Positions 36,538 to 49,712 of a stretch of 64,000 bases of DNA are shown here, in pieces. A model generated the notes under the pieces. It did no database searches. It had not been told where the DNA came from and worked only from the letters and a program-made list of their open reading frames with translations. Position numbers and translations under genes: made by a program. The stretch is from Hemiscyllium ocellatum (Eukaryota): NCBI RefSeq assembly GCF_020745735.1, contig NW_026867487.1, positions 4,729,239-4,793,238 on the forward strand, given 5' to 3'. Position 1 is the stretch's first letter. Each line of letters begins with the position of its first letter.

Positions 36538-36875
36538 CCCTCATTGGCACAGAGATAGATGGCGGTGTCGTTAAGTCTGGTGTCTCTCACACTCAGGACA
36601 CTGAGTTTGTAATCTGTCCTGACTGAAGCGGAGATCCTCTCATGTTGATCAGCTTCTCTTTTGGCCATCACCAGATACTGGGGCGGCTGGTTCGGGAGCT
36701 GTCTGTACCAATGCACTGTGCCAGATGCCGTTGCTATGGACCACTCTATGGAAGCGTTTTCTGCCTCCTTAACAACTGTCCACTGAGCAAGTTGCGTGAC
36801 TTCATCCTCTCCTGTTTCTACCTTGTAGGTCAGAGAGGAAAGCAGGAAAAGAAGTCGGTAAATTTGAGAAATCAT
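36538..36875 (-). CDS. TRAV: V segment V1.2, single-exon leader+V; open frame but Cys23 replaced by Trp
   Basis: MISQIYRLLFLLSSLTYKVETGEDEVTQ...SIEWSIATASGTVHWYRQ...DTAIYLCANE; codon TGG stands where paralogs have TGC. Confidence 0.88.
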
Positions 36876-39800
36876 CAAGTTACATGAAGCGTAACGTCCA
36901 CCGATTTCTGTTGGAAAAGAAAAGAGTTAACAATGAAAAAAAAACACTCTTTTCGTGTCGAACACAATGTTTCCTTCTTTCGAAGTTGTGAAATAAGTTA
37001 TGTCTTCGAATTTATCTTTCCATACCAGGCTTTTCGCGCAATGTGTGTAATGGCACTCCGTTCTCTCATTTAATATATGTCAACGATTCAGCCTGCCCTC
37101 TAGTGGTTAAGTCTGGAAATTGTGACGTAAATGTTCTCAGCAGAATTGAATTCACACGATCTTCTTCAACGAAAACCAAAATATCTGATTCCTCCTGCCG
37201 CCCCCACCTCCCCCCCCCCCCCCCGCCCCCCCCACCACCCCGAATATCCTTGCCTGGTTTACTCGGCACTTTTTATTTCAAATGCAGCACCCAACGATTT
37301 CAGGGTACTTTCTTCACTCATTGCAACTGAAACTGTCTTCCACACTTTGATCAGCCTGACTAAATTAAGCAAAAGTTCTCAACATTAATCCGAACTTTTT
37401 GTCCTGTGATTTGAAGCGGCGTGTCACCTCAGCGTGATGGAATATGACACACACACACACACACAAGCACACACCTTCACCCACGCTCTCTGATGCAACC
37501 AGGCAAGTATCTCTGAAATCTCATTCTCTTGGAAGATTCTGTCCATTCATGATGCTGGTGCTTCAGAAGTTGAAACTAGACGGTGCGGCCGCACTTGGAG
37601 TATTGGGCATAGTTCTGGTCACCACATTAGGAAGGATGTGGAAGCTTCGGAAAGAGTTCAGAGTAGATTTACTGGCATATTGCCTGTTATGGATGGGAGG
37701 TTTTACGAGGAAAGGCTGAGGGACTTGAGGATGTTTTCATTGGAGAGAAGAAGGTTGAGAGATGAATTAATTGAGACATAGAAGATAACCAGAGATTTGG
37801 ATGGAGAGGTCAGTGAGAGCCTTTTTCCTCGGATGGCGATGGCTAGCACGACGGGACATGGCTTTAAACTGAGGAGTGAAAGGTAGAGGACAAATATCAG
37901 AGGTAGTTTGTTTACTCAGAGAGTAGAAGGGGCGCGGAACGCTCTTCCTGAAACAGTAGTAGACTCGCCAACTTTAAGGGCATTTAAATGGCCATTGGAT
38001 AGGCATGTGGACGAGAACGGAATAATGTAGGTTAGACGGGCTTCAGATCGGTTTCACAGGTTGTCGCAACACCGAGGTCCGAAGGGCCTGTACTGCGCCG
38101 GAATGTTCCATGTCCTAAATGTGGACAGAAGTGGAGCGACAGATAGCGTGCGAAATGAAAACGAGTCGGGGAATGGCTAAATTTTAGGTTTTTGCTTTTG
38201 TGTGTGCGTGTGTGCCTCTGGTGTGTGTGTCTTTGTATTTATAATTCTGTCTGCGCATCTATTTATGTATGTTGTGGCCTGTGTATTTGTGTGCTTTTAT
38301 GTGGCTGCTAATGTGCATTTCTGTGTGTTCATGTGCATGTCTTTTTGTGTGTTTACATGTATGTGTGTTTGTGTTTATCTTTGTCTGTTGGTGTTTGTGT
38401 GTGTGTGCATGTGCGCGCGCACATGCTTGTGAATGGATGTGTCCATCTCCTTGCGTAAAGGAAAATACTTCCGGTTTGATGTTAAAGATATGACAGTGTC
38501 GAAGTTCTCTGCTTGTTGTTGTCTTCTGAATAAGATCATATAGTTCCACCATCTGCTCACGAATCGGGCATTTCAAAAACCATCACATTCCTTTAAGAAG
38601 GCTCAGATTGGGAATTTCTCAAGGGCTACTTTCTAATATTCATGACGTACTAGAACGAGGGGTTATAGTTTAAACTCATCCATTTTAAAACAGCGATCCA
38701 ATGTTCTGAGATCAATGATTTGGATGAGAATGTTCAAGGCATGAACAGTACGTTTGCAGATGACACTAACATCGGAGGTATGGTGGACAGTGAGGAAGGA
38801 CATCAGAAATTGCAGCAGGACCCTGATCAGTTGGAGAACTGGGCCAGAAATTGCAAATGGAATTTTGTATGAAGGCTTGCGTTTTGGAAAGCTAATTCAA
38901 ATAAAGAGTTTCATGATGGATGGTAGTGCCTTAAGGAGGGTAGTGCAACAGACGGACCGTGGTGTTCAGGTGGACGGTTCTCTTAAACTCACAGTTAGAC
39001 AGGACAGTAAAAAAAAAGCTTTCATCAGTCAGGGAATTGAGTATAGAAGTTGTGAAGGTATGTTGCAATTGGAGAGGAGATGATGAGGTCGTACTTGGAG
39101 TACTGTGCTCAGTATGGTCACCTTGCTATATGAAGGATCTGTTAAAATGGAAAGAGTGCAGAAGAAATTTACAAGCATGTCGCCTGGACTCAATGGTCAA
39201 TTTAGAAGGAGAGATTGGACAAACTAGGATTTACATCTTTAGCGTGTAGGAGACTGAGGGAAACGGGGACGGGGGTGTGGATCTTATCGAGGTGTATAAG
39301 ACCATGAGAAGCATGGACGGTGTGAATGAACTCAATCTTTATCCCAGGGTTGGGGAATCAAGAACGAGAGGGCATCAATTTAAGGGGAAAGAATAAAAGG
39401 GAAACCTTAGGGCAACATTTTTAAGACAGATGGTTGTACTCATGTGGAATGACATGCCAGTGGAAGCAATTGAGGCAGGTACATTCACAACATTTAAAGG
39501 GATTTAGATAAGTGCATGGATAGGAAAGGATTAGAAGCATACCGGCCAAGTGCAGGAAAATGATGTTAGCATGGACAGACGGCATGGACCATTTCAGTCA
39601 GAGGACATGTCTCCGTGCTGTAGGACTCTATGACTCTCTCCAGTTTTCAATCAGAGACGAGGGAAAACTTATCTGTCAGAGCATTCTGAGACTTGGGATG
39701 TCCTTCCTCAAAAGGCAGTGATCTTCACTTGACAGATGTCTCGAACTGATTCTGAATGTTTTCACCGTAACTGAGGGATGGACACTTCCAAAATACTTGT

Positions 39801-41857
39801 CATGCAGAAGGATAACACATTCCAGGCGCTTTAGTGTCGTTCAAAAACTGACTTTTTGAAGCTAGTCAGTGTATTTAGGAAATCGGGAATCTAATTTAAT
39901 TGTCATGGATATTGATGCAAATACAGATTTATTAAAATGAAACAGTGCTGAAGGAATTTGCACGCATGTTTCCTGGACTCAATGGTCTAATTTAGAAGGA
40001 TTTCGCAGAAGAAATTTAAATGTTTGCATTTCCGAATGCAGATGGATTATTAGGATGCCTGCATAGCCGCATGACCTGCAGTTCCCGGAAGTATCCCAAA
40101 TGTTCAATAATTTATCAAAGTTCACAAATTTCCGGATTTACCGGCCATTTATTCCCAAATTAACAGAGAGCCCGGCCCGCTTTTCTGTCCTTAACATAAA
40201 TTATTATTCATTATCAATTAATAAATCCAGCTGCAGGTTAACAATTATGAACTGATGAAACATAATTCAATCGGTTGCAACTCTTACTGACGTGAACAAA
40301 TACACCCTGTATTCCTTTAATACAGAGAAACTAGGCATTCAAAACATTTGTGCTGCTAGCAACAGAAATAACCGGGCTGGCATTTTAATGGCTGCTGTCA
40401 CAGTGTTCCCTGTGTTGACATTTCTGGTTGTAGGACTTGTTGCTGCTTAATCTGTCTTATGTAGGCACATTTGCTGAAGGTGGCACATAATGTTGCACAC
40501 TGATCACGCCTGTCACGGACTAAGTGTGTGTGTAGACGCTGTTGTAGATTTGAATAGTGCAGTGCGTTGCTGCCATTCCTCTTGACATAATTCTCAACGA
40601 TTTTTCCATTCTGCCGTTGCAGTGATGGGTAGCCGCCAGGAGAGGGTGGAATTGTGTCACTTTCAGCACAGAGAACCAGGGAGATAGGCTTTGACCAAAC
40701 CTAGCTGTCTGGCAGAACGTGATGGTGACCTGCCTTCTTGAATGTCTGCACTACTTGCTGAGTTGGGGCACCCACATTGTTGTTAGCAAGAAATTTCCAG
40801 GGTCATGACCAAGTTATCATGAAAGAGTGTGAGTAGGTCCACGTCAATGCCCGAGTATGGCCTGAGAGTGAAGTGGTCCTGTGCATCTACTGCCTTTGTT
40901 TTTGTAGGTGGTAGAGGCCATGAGAATGTTCTGCTGCAGGGCACTTGGTGAATTACTGCAATGCATATTGTGGCCACCTTTCTGCAACTATGCATTAGTG
41001 ATAAGGTAGTGAATATTGGAATTGATAGCCTAGGTGTCAATCCAATATGTTTTTTGTGTTTTCCTGCATTTCATCTATGTAAGCACCTTCTGCAGTGCAC
41101 ATTTTTGACTCCTCTGAGATTCTATGTATCTTCCCTTTTCCACTTTAATCGGTCTTTTGGTCATCCTTTCTTTAATTTGAAATTGATTTCAATCTTTTCT
41201 TGCGGCCTTCAAAAACCATGAAAGATAGGTATCTTCAATCTTTCGTTGGCCACAGTTGATTTATTTTTCCAGCCATATGTTTCTGTTTTCGTGGAACAAG
41301 TAATAATTACAGACTGCATAATACCTCTTCAACCACTCATTACTACCTGTGTTCTTCCAAATAATTTTGTGTATTTTGGCAATCCATCATAAGCAATTTG
41401 CCACTCCGATTTTCATAGTCTCATTTTACAGGTTTCAGGCTCTATTTCCAGAATGAATGATGTTACTTTGAAATTTGATTAAAAATTGCACAACATTGCG
41501 TTCTCTATTCAACAGGACTTCTGAAGAGCAAAGTTATTGTGGCCGGAAGTGCCACCTGAAATAATGAACATCTGATGGACACAAACACACTTTGCATGGA
41601 GTTAGAAAAGATGAATAATGATTAAAGCGTTTTGGGAAATCGATCTTGAACCTTCACTAAAGTGACTGTGCTAATCTACATGCTGCACAATCCAGAGAGG
41701 CTGCAGCTGCCCATAGAGGTTTGCAAACAAACCTGGCAACTGCAGACCCTGCAATACACACCTGAAGTTGGACTTGAATGTGATAATGGAATGCCGCCCT
41801 CGGGACAACTGGGAGCAGTAGGTCATTCGCTAGACAGAGAGGCGCCTAGCACCCTTC

Positions 41858-44800
41858 GAGTCATAGAGATGTACAGCATGGAAACAGACCCTTTGGTCCA
41901 ATCAGATTTCCCAACCCAGGCTAGTCCCACCTGCCAGCACCCAGCCCATATTCCTCCAAACCCTTCCTATTCATATACCCATCCAAATGCCTCTTAAATG
42001 TTGCAATTGTACCAGCCTCCACTCGATCCTCTGGCAGCTCATTCCATACACATACCACTCTCTGCGTGAAAGAGTTGCTCCTTAGGTCTCTTTAATATCT
42101 TTCCCCTCTCACCCTAAACCTATTTTCTTTAGTTCTGGACTCCCTGACCCCAGGGAAAAGACTGTCTATTTATCGTATCCATGCCCCTCATAATTTTGTG
42201 AACCTCTATAAGGTCAACCCTCAGCCTTCGACGCTCCAGGGAAAACAGCCCCAGCCAGTTCAGCCTCTCCTTGTAGCTCAAATCCTCCAACCCTGGCAAC
42301 ATCCTTGTAAATCTTTTCTGAACCTGTTCAAGTTTCACAACATCTTTCCGATAGGAGGGAGACCATTATTGCACGCAATATTCCAACAGTGGCCTAACCA
42401 ATGTCCTGTACAGTCGCAACATGACCTCCCAACTCCTGTACTCAATAATCTGACCAATAAAAGAAAGCATGCCAAACGTCACCTTCACTATCCTATCTAC
42501 CTGTGACTCCACTTTCAAGGAGCTATAAACCTGCACTCCAAGGTCTCTTTGCTCAGCAACACTCCCTGGGACCTTACCATTAAATGTATGAGTCCTGCTA
42601 AGATTTGCTTTCCCAAAATGCAGTAACTCTCATTTATCTGAATTAAAGTCCATCTGCCACTTCTCAGCCCATTGGCCCATCTGGTCAAGATCCTGTTGTA
42701 ATCTGAGCTAACCCTCTTCGCTGTCCACTACACTTCCAATTTTGGGGTCATCTGCAAACTTACTAACTATACCTCTTATGCTCACATCCAAATCATTTAT
42801 GTAAATGACAAAAAGTAGAGGACCCAGAACCGATCCTTGTGGCATTCCACTGCTCATAGGCCCCCAGTCTGAAAAACAACCCTCCTCCACCACCCTCTGT
42901 CTTCTACTTTTGAGCCAGTTCTGTATCCAAATGGATAGTTCTCCCTGTATTCCATGAGATCTAACCTTGTTAATCAGTCTTCTATGAGGAACCTTGTCGA
43001 ACGCCTTACTGAAGTCCATATCTACTGCTCTGCCCTGATCAATCTTCTTTGTTACTTCTTCAAAAAACTCAATCAAGTTTGTGAGGCACGGTATCCCACG
43101 CACAAAGCCATGTTGACTATCCTGAATCAGTCATTACCTTTCCAAATGCATGTACGTCCTGTCCCTCAGGATTCCCTCCAACAACTTGCCCACCACCGCG
43201 TTCAGGCTCACCGGTCTATAGTTCCCTGGCTTGTCTTAACCACCCTTCTTAAACAGTGGCACCATGTTTGCCAACCTCCAGTCTTCCGGCACCTCACCTG
43301 TGACTATCGATTACACAAATATCCCAGCAAGAGGCCCATCAATCACTTCTCTAGCTTCCCGCAGAGTTCTCGGGTACACCTGATCAGGTCTTGGGGATTT
43401 ATCCACCTTTAACCGTTTCAAGACATACATCACTTCCTCCTCTGTAATCTGGACATATTGCAAGATGCCACCATCTATTTCCCTACAGTCTATACCTTCC
43501 ATATCCTTTTCCACAGTAAATACTGATGCGTAATATTCATTTCGTATCATCCCCATTTTCTGTGGCTCCACACAAAGGCCGCCTTGCTGATCTTTGAGAG
43601 ACCCTATTCTCTCCCGAGTTACCCTTTTGTCCTTAATATATTTGTAAAAATCCTTTGGATTCTCCTTAACTCTATTTGCAAAAGCAATCTCATGTCACCT
43701 TTTTGCCCTCCTGATCTTCCTCTTAATTATACTCCTACTGCCTTTATACTCTTCTAAGGATTCACTCAATCTATCCTGTCTATACCTGACATAAACTTCC
43801 TTGTTTTTCTTAACCAAACCCTCAATTTCTTTCGTCATCCAACATTTCTTATACCTACAAACCTTCCCTTTCACCCTGACAGGAATACACTTTCTCTGGA
43901 TTCTTGTTATCTCTTTTCTGAAGGCTTCCCATTTTCCAGCCATCCTTTAACATATGGACATCTGCCTCCAATCAGCTTTCGAAAGTTCTTGCCTAACACC
44001 GTCAAAATTGGCCTTTCTCCAATTAAGAGCTTCAACTTTTAGATCTGGTTTATTCTTTTCCATGGTTATTTTAAAACGAATAGAATTATGGTCACTGGCC
44101 CCAAAGTGCTCCCCCACTGACACTTCAGTCACTTGCCCTGCCTTGTTTCCCAAGAGTAGGTCAAGCTTTGCAACTTCTCTAGTAGGTACATCCATATACT
44201 GAAACAGAAAATTGTCTTTACGCTCTGAAGAAATTCCTCTCCATCTAAACGTTTAACACTATGGCAATCCCAGTCTATGTTTGGAAAGTTAAAATCCCCT
44301 ACCAAAACCACCTTATTATTCTTACAGATAGCTGAGATCTCCTCACAAGTTTGTTTCTCAATTTCCCTCTGACTATTAGGGGATCGATAATACAAACCTA
44401 ATAAAGTGATCATCCCTTTCTTATTTCTCAGTTCCACCCAAATAAATTCTCTGGATGTATTTCCAGGAATATCCTCCCTCAATACAGCTACACTGCTATC
44501 CCTTATCAAATCTGTCCCCTCACCACCTTCCCTCCTCTCTTGCCTCCCTTTTTGTCTTTCTTGTAGCATCTGTATCCCGGAAAATTAAACTGCCAGTCCT
44601 GCCCATCCCTGAGCCATGTTTCTGTAATTGCTATGATATCCCAGTCCCATGTTCCTAACCATGCCCTGAGTTCACCTGCCTTCCCTGTTAGGCCCCTTGC
44701 ATTGAAATAAATGCAGTTTAATTTATTAGTCCTACCTTTTCACTGCCTGCCCTGACTGTTTGATTCATTTCTGTTCTCAACTGTACCAGTCTCAGATTGA

Positions 44801-46100
44801 TCTCTTTCCTCACTGTCTCCCTGGGGCCATCCCCCCACCTTATTCGTTTAAATCCTCCCAAGCAGTTCTAGCAAATTCCCCTGCGTGTATATTAGTCCCC
44901 TTCCAATTTAGGTGCAATCTGTCCTTCTTGTACAGCTCACTTCTACCCCAAAAGAGATACCAATGATTCAAAAATGTGAATCCTTCTCCCATACACCAAC
45001 TCCTCAGCCATGCATTCATCTGCTCTATCCTCCTATTCCTGCTCTCACGAGCTCGTAGCACTGGGAGTAATTGAGGACCACCTTTTTAAATTTCTGCCCA
45101 ACTCTATGTAATCTCTATTCAGAATCTCAACCTTTTCCCTTCCTATATCGTTGGTTCCAATGTGGACAATAACCTCTTGCTGGCCCCTCTCCCCCTTGAG
45201 TACATTCTGCACCCTCTCTGAGATATCCTTGAACCTGGCACCAGGAAAGCAACACACCATTCTGTTTTTTTTTTCTCTTCTGGCCATAGAAACATCTGTC
45301 TGTACCTCTGACTTCAAAATCCCCGAACGCAATTGATCTCTTCGAAGCTGACGTACTCCTCGTTACATTAGAGCCAGTCTCAATACCAGAAACGTGGCTG
45401 TTCGTGCTACGTTCCCCTGAGAATCCATCAACCCCTATCTTTTCCAAAATAGCATATCTGTTTGAAATGGGTGTATCCACAAAAGGCTCCTGCCCTAGGT
45501 GCCTACCTCTCTTACCCTTCCTGGTGTTAACCCATCTATGTGACTGTATCTGAGACTTTCCCACCTTCCTATAGCTGCCATCCATCACATACTGTTGCTG
45601 TTGCAAATTCCTCATTGCTTCTATCTGTCTCTCCAACCAATCCACTCGATCTGATATGATTCGCATCCAACAGCATTTATGGCAGATATAATCCACAGTA
45701 ACCCTTAAAATCTCTTTAAACTCCCATGTCTGACAAGAAGTATATATCACGGCACTAAAGGCCATGTTTGCTCCTTCACAATCTATAGGCCCAGAAAATA
45801 ACACCGTCTTAGTCCTCTACAAAATACTGCAATAGGTTAAATTAATAGTTATGGTTTATATCTTTAGTTTAATCAAGAGACTTATCTTCAAAAAGATATA
45901 ATCAAGAAAGAACCCACTGTACTCACTAATACAGCCTTTCTCCTGGACAGAAATAAAACAACAATTAACTTATCTGATTGTGTGTTGTGAACTTCGCCCA
46001 AACCGGTTCCTCCAAGGTTAGTTGTGAAATTCACTGTTTGTTAATTTTCCCAGATGCACTCCGATGTTCAGCGACACCTGAATTCAAGAACAGCAAAGGC
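41858..46100 (-). mobile_element. Near full-length, disabled CR1 LINE (5'UTR, ORF1, ORF2 APE+RT), U3-specific
   Basis: ORF1 remnants (zinc-finger-like CHKC, coiled coil, esterase-like VCCFPGAR...VHIGTND at 45045-45804). Endonuclease LNCIYFNARGLTGKA near 44720. [31 protein letters not shown]. Tail at 41858. Flanks are contiguous in other cassettes (ACCCTTATTTGG). Confidence 0.93.
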
Positions 46101-49100
46101 CTATTATTTGGCGGAGGTTGCATGCACCCAGCACCTATCATATTGGACGCATAAGGGCCACCCTGCCATCAACGTGCCAACACTTGGTTGGGCCTGATCG
46201 ATCAGGGTAAACAAACCTAATCAGTCCTTTGGCAGATCCTCAAAACCCTCCCACAAAGCGTGAAGACTCGGAAGGATAACAGACACCGCAAAACCCCAGT
46301 CAGATGTTAACTCGAGAATAACACTTGAAGGAGAAGGCAACTTCAAGACCATCAGTAAAAAAGGAAAACATCATCACATGGAGCCTGGCCGAGTTCAAGT
46401 ATGGTGGTATACGGATGTGCAAAGTAAAATTAAAGCAGTTTATAGTGTTTTTTTTCGTTAGTTTCTGGTTTTCATATTAATTGTGTCCAATAAATGACTA
46501 TTATTGTCTGTAAGAATCAACTGATAGATCTTTTGCTGAATATAAGAATTCAAACACACGCGCAACATTATTAATTGCCCACTCTCTTTAACCAATGCTA
46601 AAGCTAAAACAAGCTGATTTTAGTTTGGTCTTTCACGTTTTGCTTCAGAAACGTTCACAACGAACTCCAGACATTGATCTCGCATGACATTCGTCAATAG
46701 ATTTCCAGCTCGGATGGGTCATGGTTCCTCCTTGACAACATCGTCTTTGTGACTGTCGAGGAGGTGATCAATTGAATCCATGACCACGCACAGGTTGAGC
46801 ATCGTATCTGCCTGATGTGTATGTTTGTCAAACTTCTTGATGAGTTAAAATTCCTTTCTCAGCAAGGCTGTGATCAGATTCATAATATGAATCATAACTG
46901 TGGATGCTGGAGACCTGAAACACATAGACGGTTGTGTTTGTGATTTGTTCCTGACTGAAAGTAAAGTGGCAGGTTTAATTTTACAGTTTGAAAATGGTAC
47001 TTGATAACTCTCCAACATTTGAACCTGTTTGTGTTACCATCCTGATTTATGGGGAAAAGTACATTTGGAAGTAATTAGTTAAAATCTGTAGTAAAATTGC
47101 AAATGGACCTGGAAGTGAAATGGATCTGTTAAGATTCTTCATTGTGATAATAGTTTGAATACTCGATAAAGAAGGACATGCATTGTGCCCAAGTCCACTT
47201 GCTGACGTTTCAGATATGCTTCATTCATTCTAACGAATTAAAATGAGCTGAAATCCACTACCTGAAATGATGATCAATAAACCTTCAATGGGAACTTTCA
47301 AAAGGAAACAGAAAACATGTTTGAAAAGGAAAGCTTTGGAAAAAGTCCACCAAAGTGGGATTAGATAATCTTTCAGTATTATCGCTGGAGTATTATTGCA
47401 GATAGTCAGTTAATGTTCTGGGAAGCGGGATTCGAATGCCACCAAAGCAGATGATGAAATTTGAATTGAAGAAAATTAAGCATCTGCCTGTAAGAGTCTA
47501 ACAATAACAATGAACAACATTGTCAATTGATTGACTTGATTCAATGATGCACTTCGGAAAATCCTCTGTCCTCACCTGGTCTGGCCCATATGTTACTACA
47601 TATCCACAGCACTGGTCGACCAAGCTACTCTTTTTATAAATGTCATGGAATTCCTGCAGTGTGAAAAGAGGCCATTTGTCTCAACAAATCCACACCACCC
47701 TCTGAAACGTAACCGACCCAGACTCAACCCAATAACTCTCCATCTCCCGTGACACATCCCTCAGCACTATGGATAATTTTGGCAAGGCCAATTCACCGAG
47801 TATGTACATATTTCGATCGTGGCAGGAAACCAGAGCACCGAGAAGGATCCCAGGCCAACCCGGGGAAACGTGCAAATTCTACACTCGCATTCGCTCGAGG
47901 ATAGAATTGAATGTCAGTCCCTGGTACTGTGAGGCAGCAGTGCTAACTACTGAGCCATCGTGCCAAATAAGTCTATTGATCTCTTTGAAGTCTCAACAAA
48001 GGCATGCAATTGAATGATCCACATGATATCTAACGATGCAAAAGAGTAATGTGGACTCTGCAAAGGTGTCCTTACGAACGTATGGGGAAGTAGTTCCAAA
48101 GTTGGAGTACTGTCTTCCAGACCAGTCAAGCAACAGCCTGACAGATTCATAGCTATGGAATCATATCTGACAGACAACATCTGCGACACAACGTTCACCC
48201 TACCTGAGAATGTCCCATTCCACCCGCATGATAGATTGAGCAGAGGTAGTCACGCCATTGTATGCAATCAGGAGAAGTTGCTCTCACGGTCCTCGGCATT
48301 GTCTCCACATCTCATGAAGTCCCATGACATAAGGTCATTCATACCCAAGTCAAGGGCAGTGTGTGGTGATGCAGGCGGACCGTGCATGCATGGTAGTGTC
48401 CTTCCCGCCACCAGTCAAGCAATGTCTTCAAACAGGAGTTATATCGAAATGTTTAACTTCTGTGGAAGGGGCACAGGACACAAAAGGTAAACTTTAATTT
48501 TTCTTCACAGGTGCCACCAGACTTGTTGAGCTTTTTCTGCCACCCCCGTCTTTGTATCAATGCCAGTCCGTTAGTTTGATGATCCACAAGGGAAACCTCA
48601 CTGTAGTCAATGATAAGTGTCCAGACTGTTAGATGAACAGGATCCTGGAGGAGTCATATAACCAAGAATAAACAAAATATATCTGAAAATTCCGAACGTT
48701 TGGAATACAATGCCACCTACAATTTTCTCTCAAAGTAAGTAACCAGACTTTTGCTGATTCAAAATTCTGGAACTCGCTTGCTCACAGCACTGTGTGTTTC
48801 CTTCCATCTCAAGGAGTTCAGCAGTCCACAAGGCAGACCACCTTCGCCCTCTCCAATGCAAATTGTGTTCCCAATAATATTAGGTTTCTCTAAATGACGC
48901 CAGAGGGAAGAGAGGACTCCTCTCGTCTTTAAACAATTGACATAATTAGATGTGAATAATAGGTAAACAATCAACAAATGTAGGTGGTGGGTGAATTTTC
49001 AGACAGCTCAGCAAGCAGAAACCGCATTGTGACTGAGACTTTCACTGATGACTTTGACTCATTAATCTGTCATTATTGAGTTTGCTTAATTGGTTAGTGT

Positions 49101-49165
49101 TGTTCAGATCTGAGTTATATCCCACTTTCTAATTGGTATTTGAAAGCAAGCCTGCATTATCCTGG

Positions 49166-49267
49166 CTGAAAATGTGTGGCTGGTTAAAGCACAGCAGGTT
49201 AGGCTGCATCCAAGGAATAGGAAATTCGACGGTTCGGGCATAAGTCCTTCATCAGGAATGAGGAGAG
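49166..49267 (-). mobile_element. 102-bp solo Penelope pLTR/hammerhead fragment with a 13-bp TSD
   Basis: TSD TGCATTATCCTGG at 49153-49165 and 49268-49280. The insert reads ATTCCTGATGAAGGACTTATGCCCGAACCGTCGAATTTCC... on the minus strand. Confidence 0.88.
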
Positions 49268-49712
49268 TGCATTATCCTGGACCAACGAATCTGTCCGCTG
49301 CTATTTTGAAACTGTTAACATTCAGCTTTAGGGGCAGTACTCATTATCGCACAAAATGTTTTATGGTGTTCAGGTTGCTCCAGTGATTCACGTGACCGAT
49401 CCGAATCACATGATCGCTCATTGTTTCTCCAAACAAATGATTTGAATTTTGTTAGATGCAAATGGTAGTTGCATTTTCTACATCGCTCATTGCTGTAAAC
49501 GTGGAACTTTGTGACATCACAAAAGGCTTGAAATCATGTGTTCACTTTTCATTCACTAAACAGACAGCTTCAGTTTATTTTTATAATGCATTTATAACGA
49601 ATAAAGTTTTACATTCAAATGAAAAATATCAGAAATCACCGAGAATTCTGCAACCATTTCAGATCCACTCCTGATCTCAACATTGCGTGACACACACTGT
49701 CATGCTTAGTGA

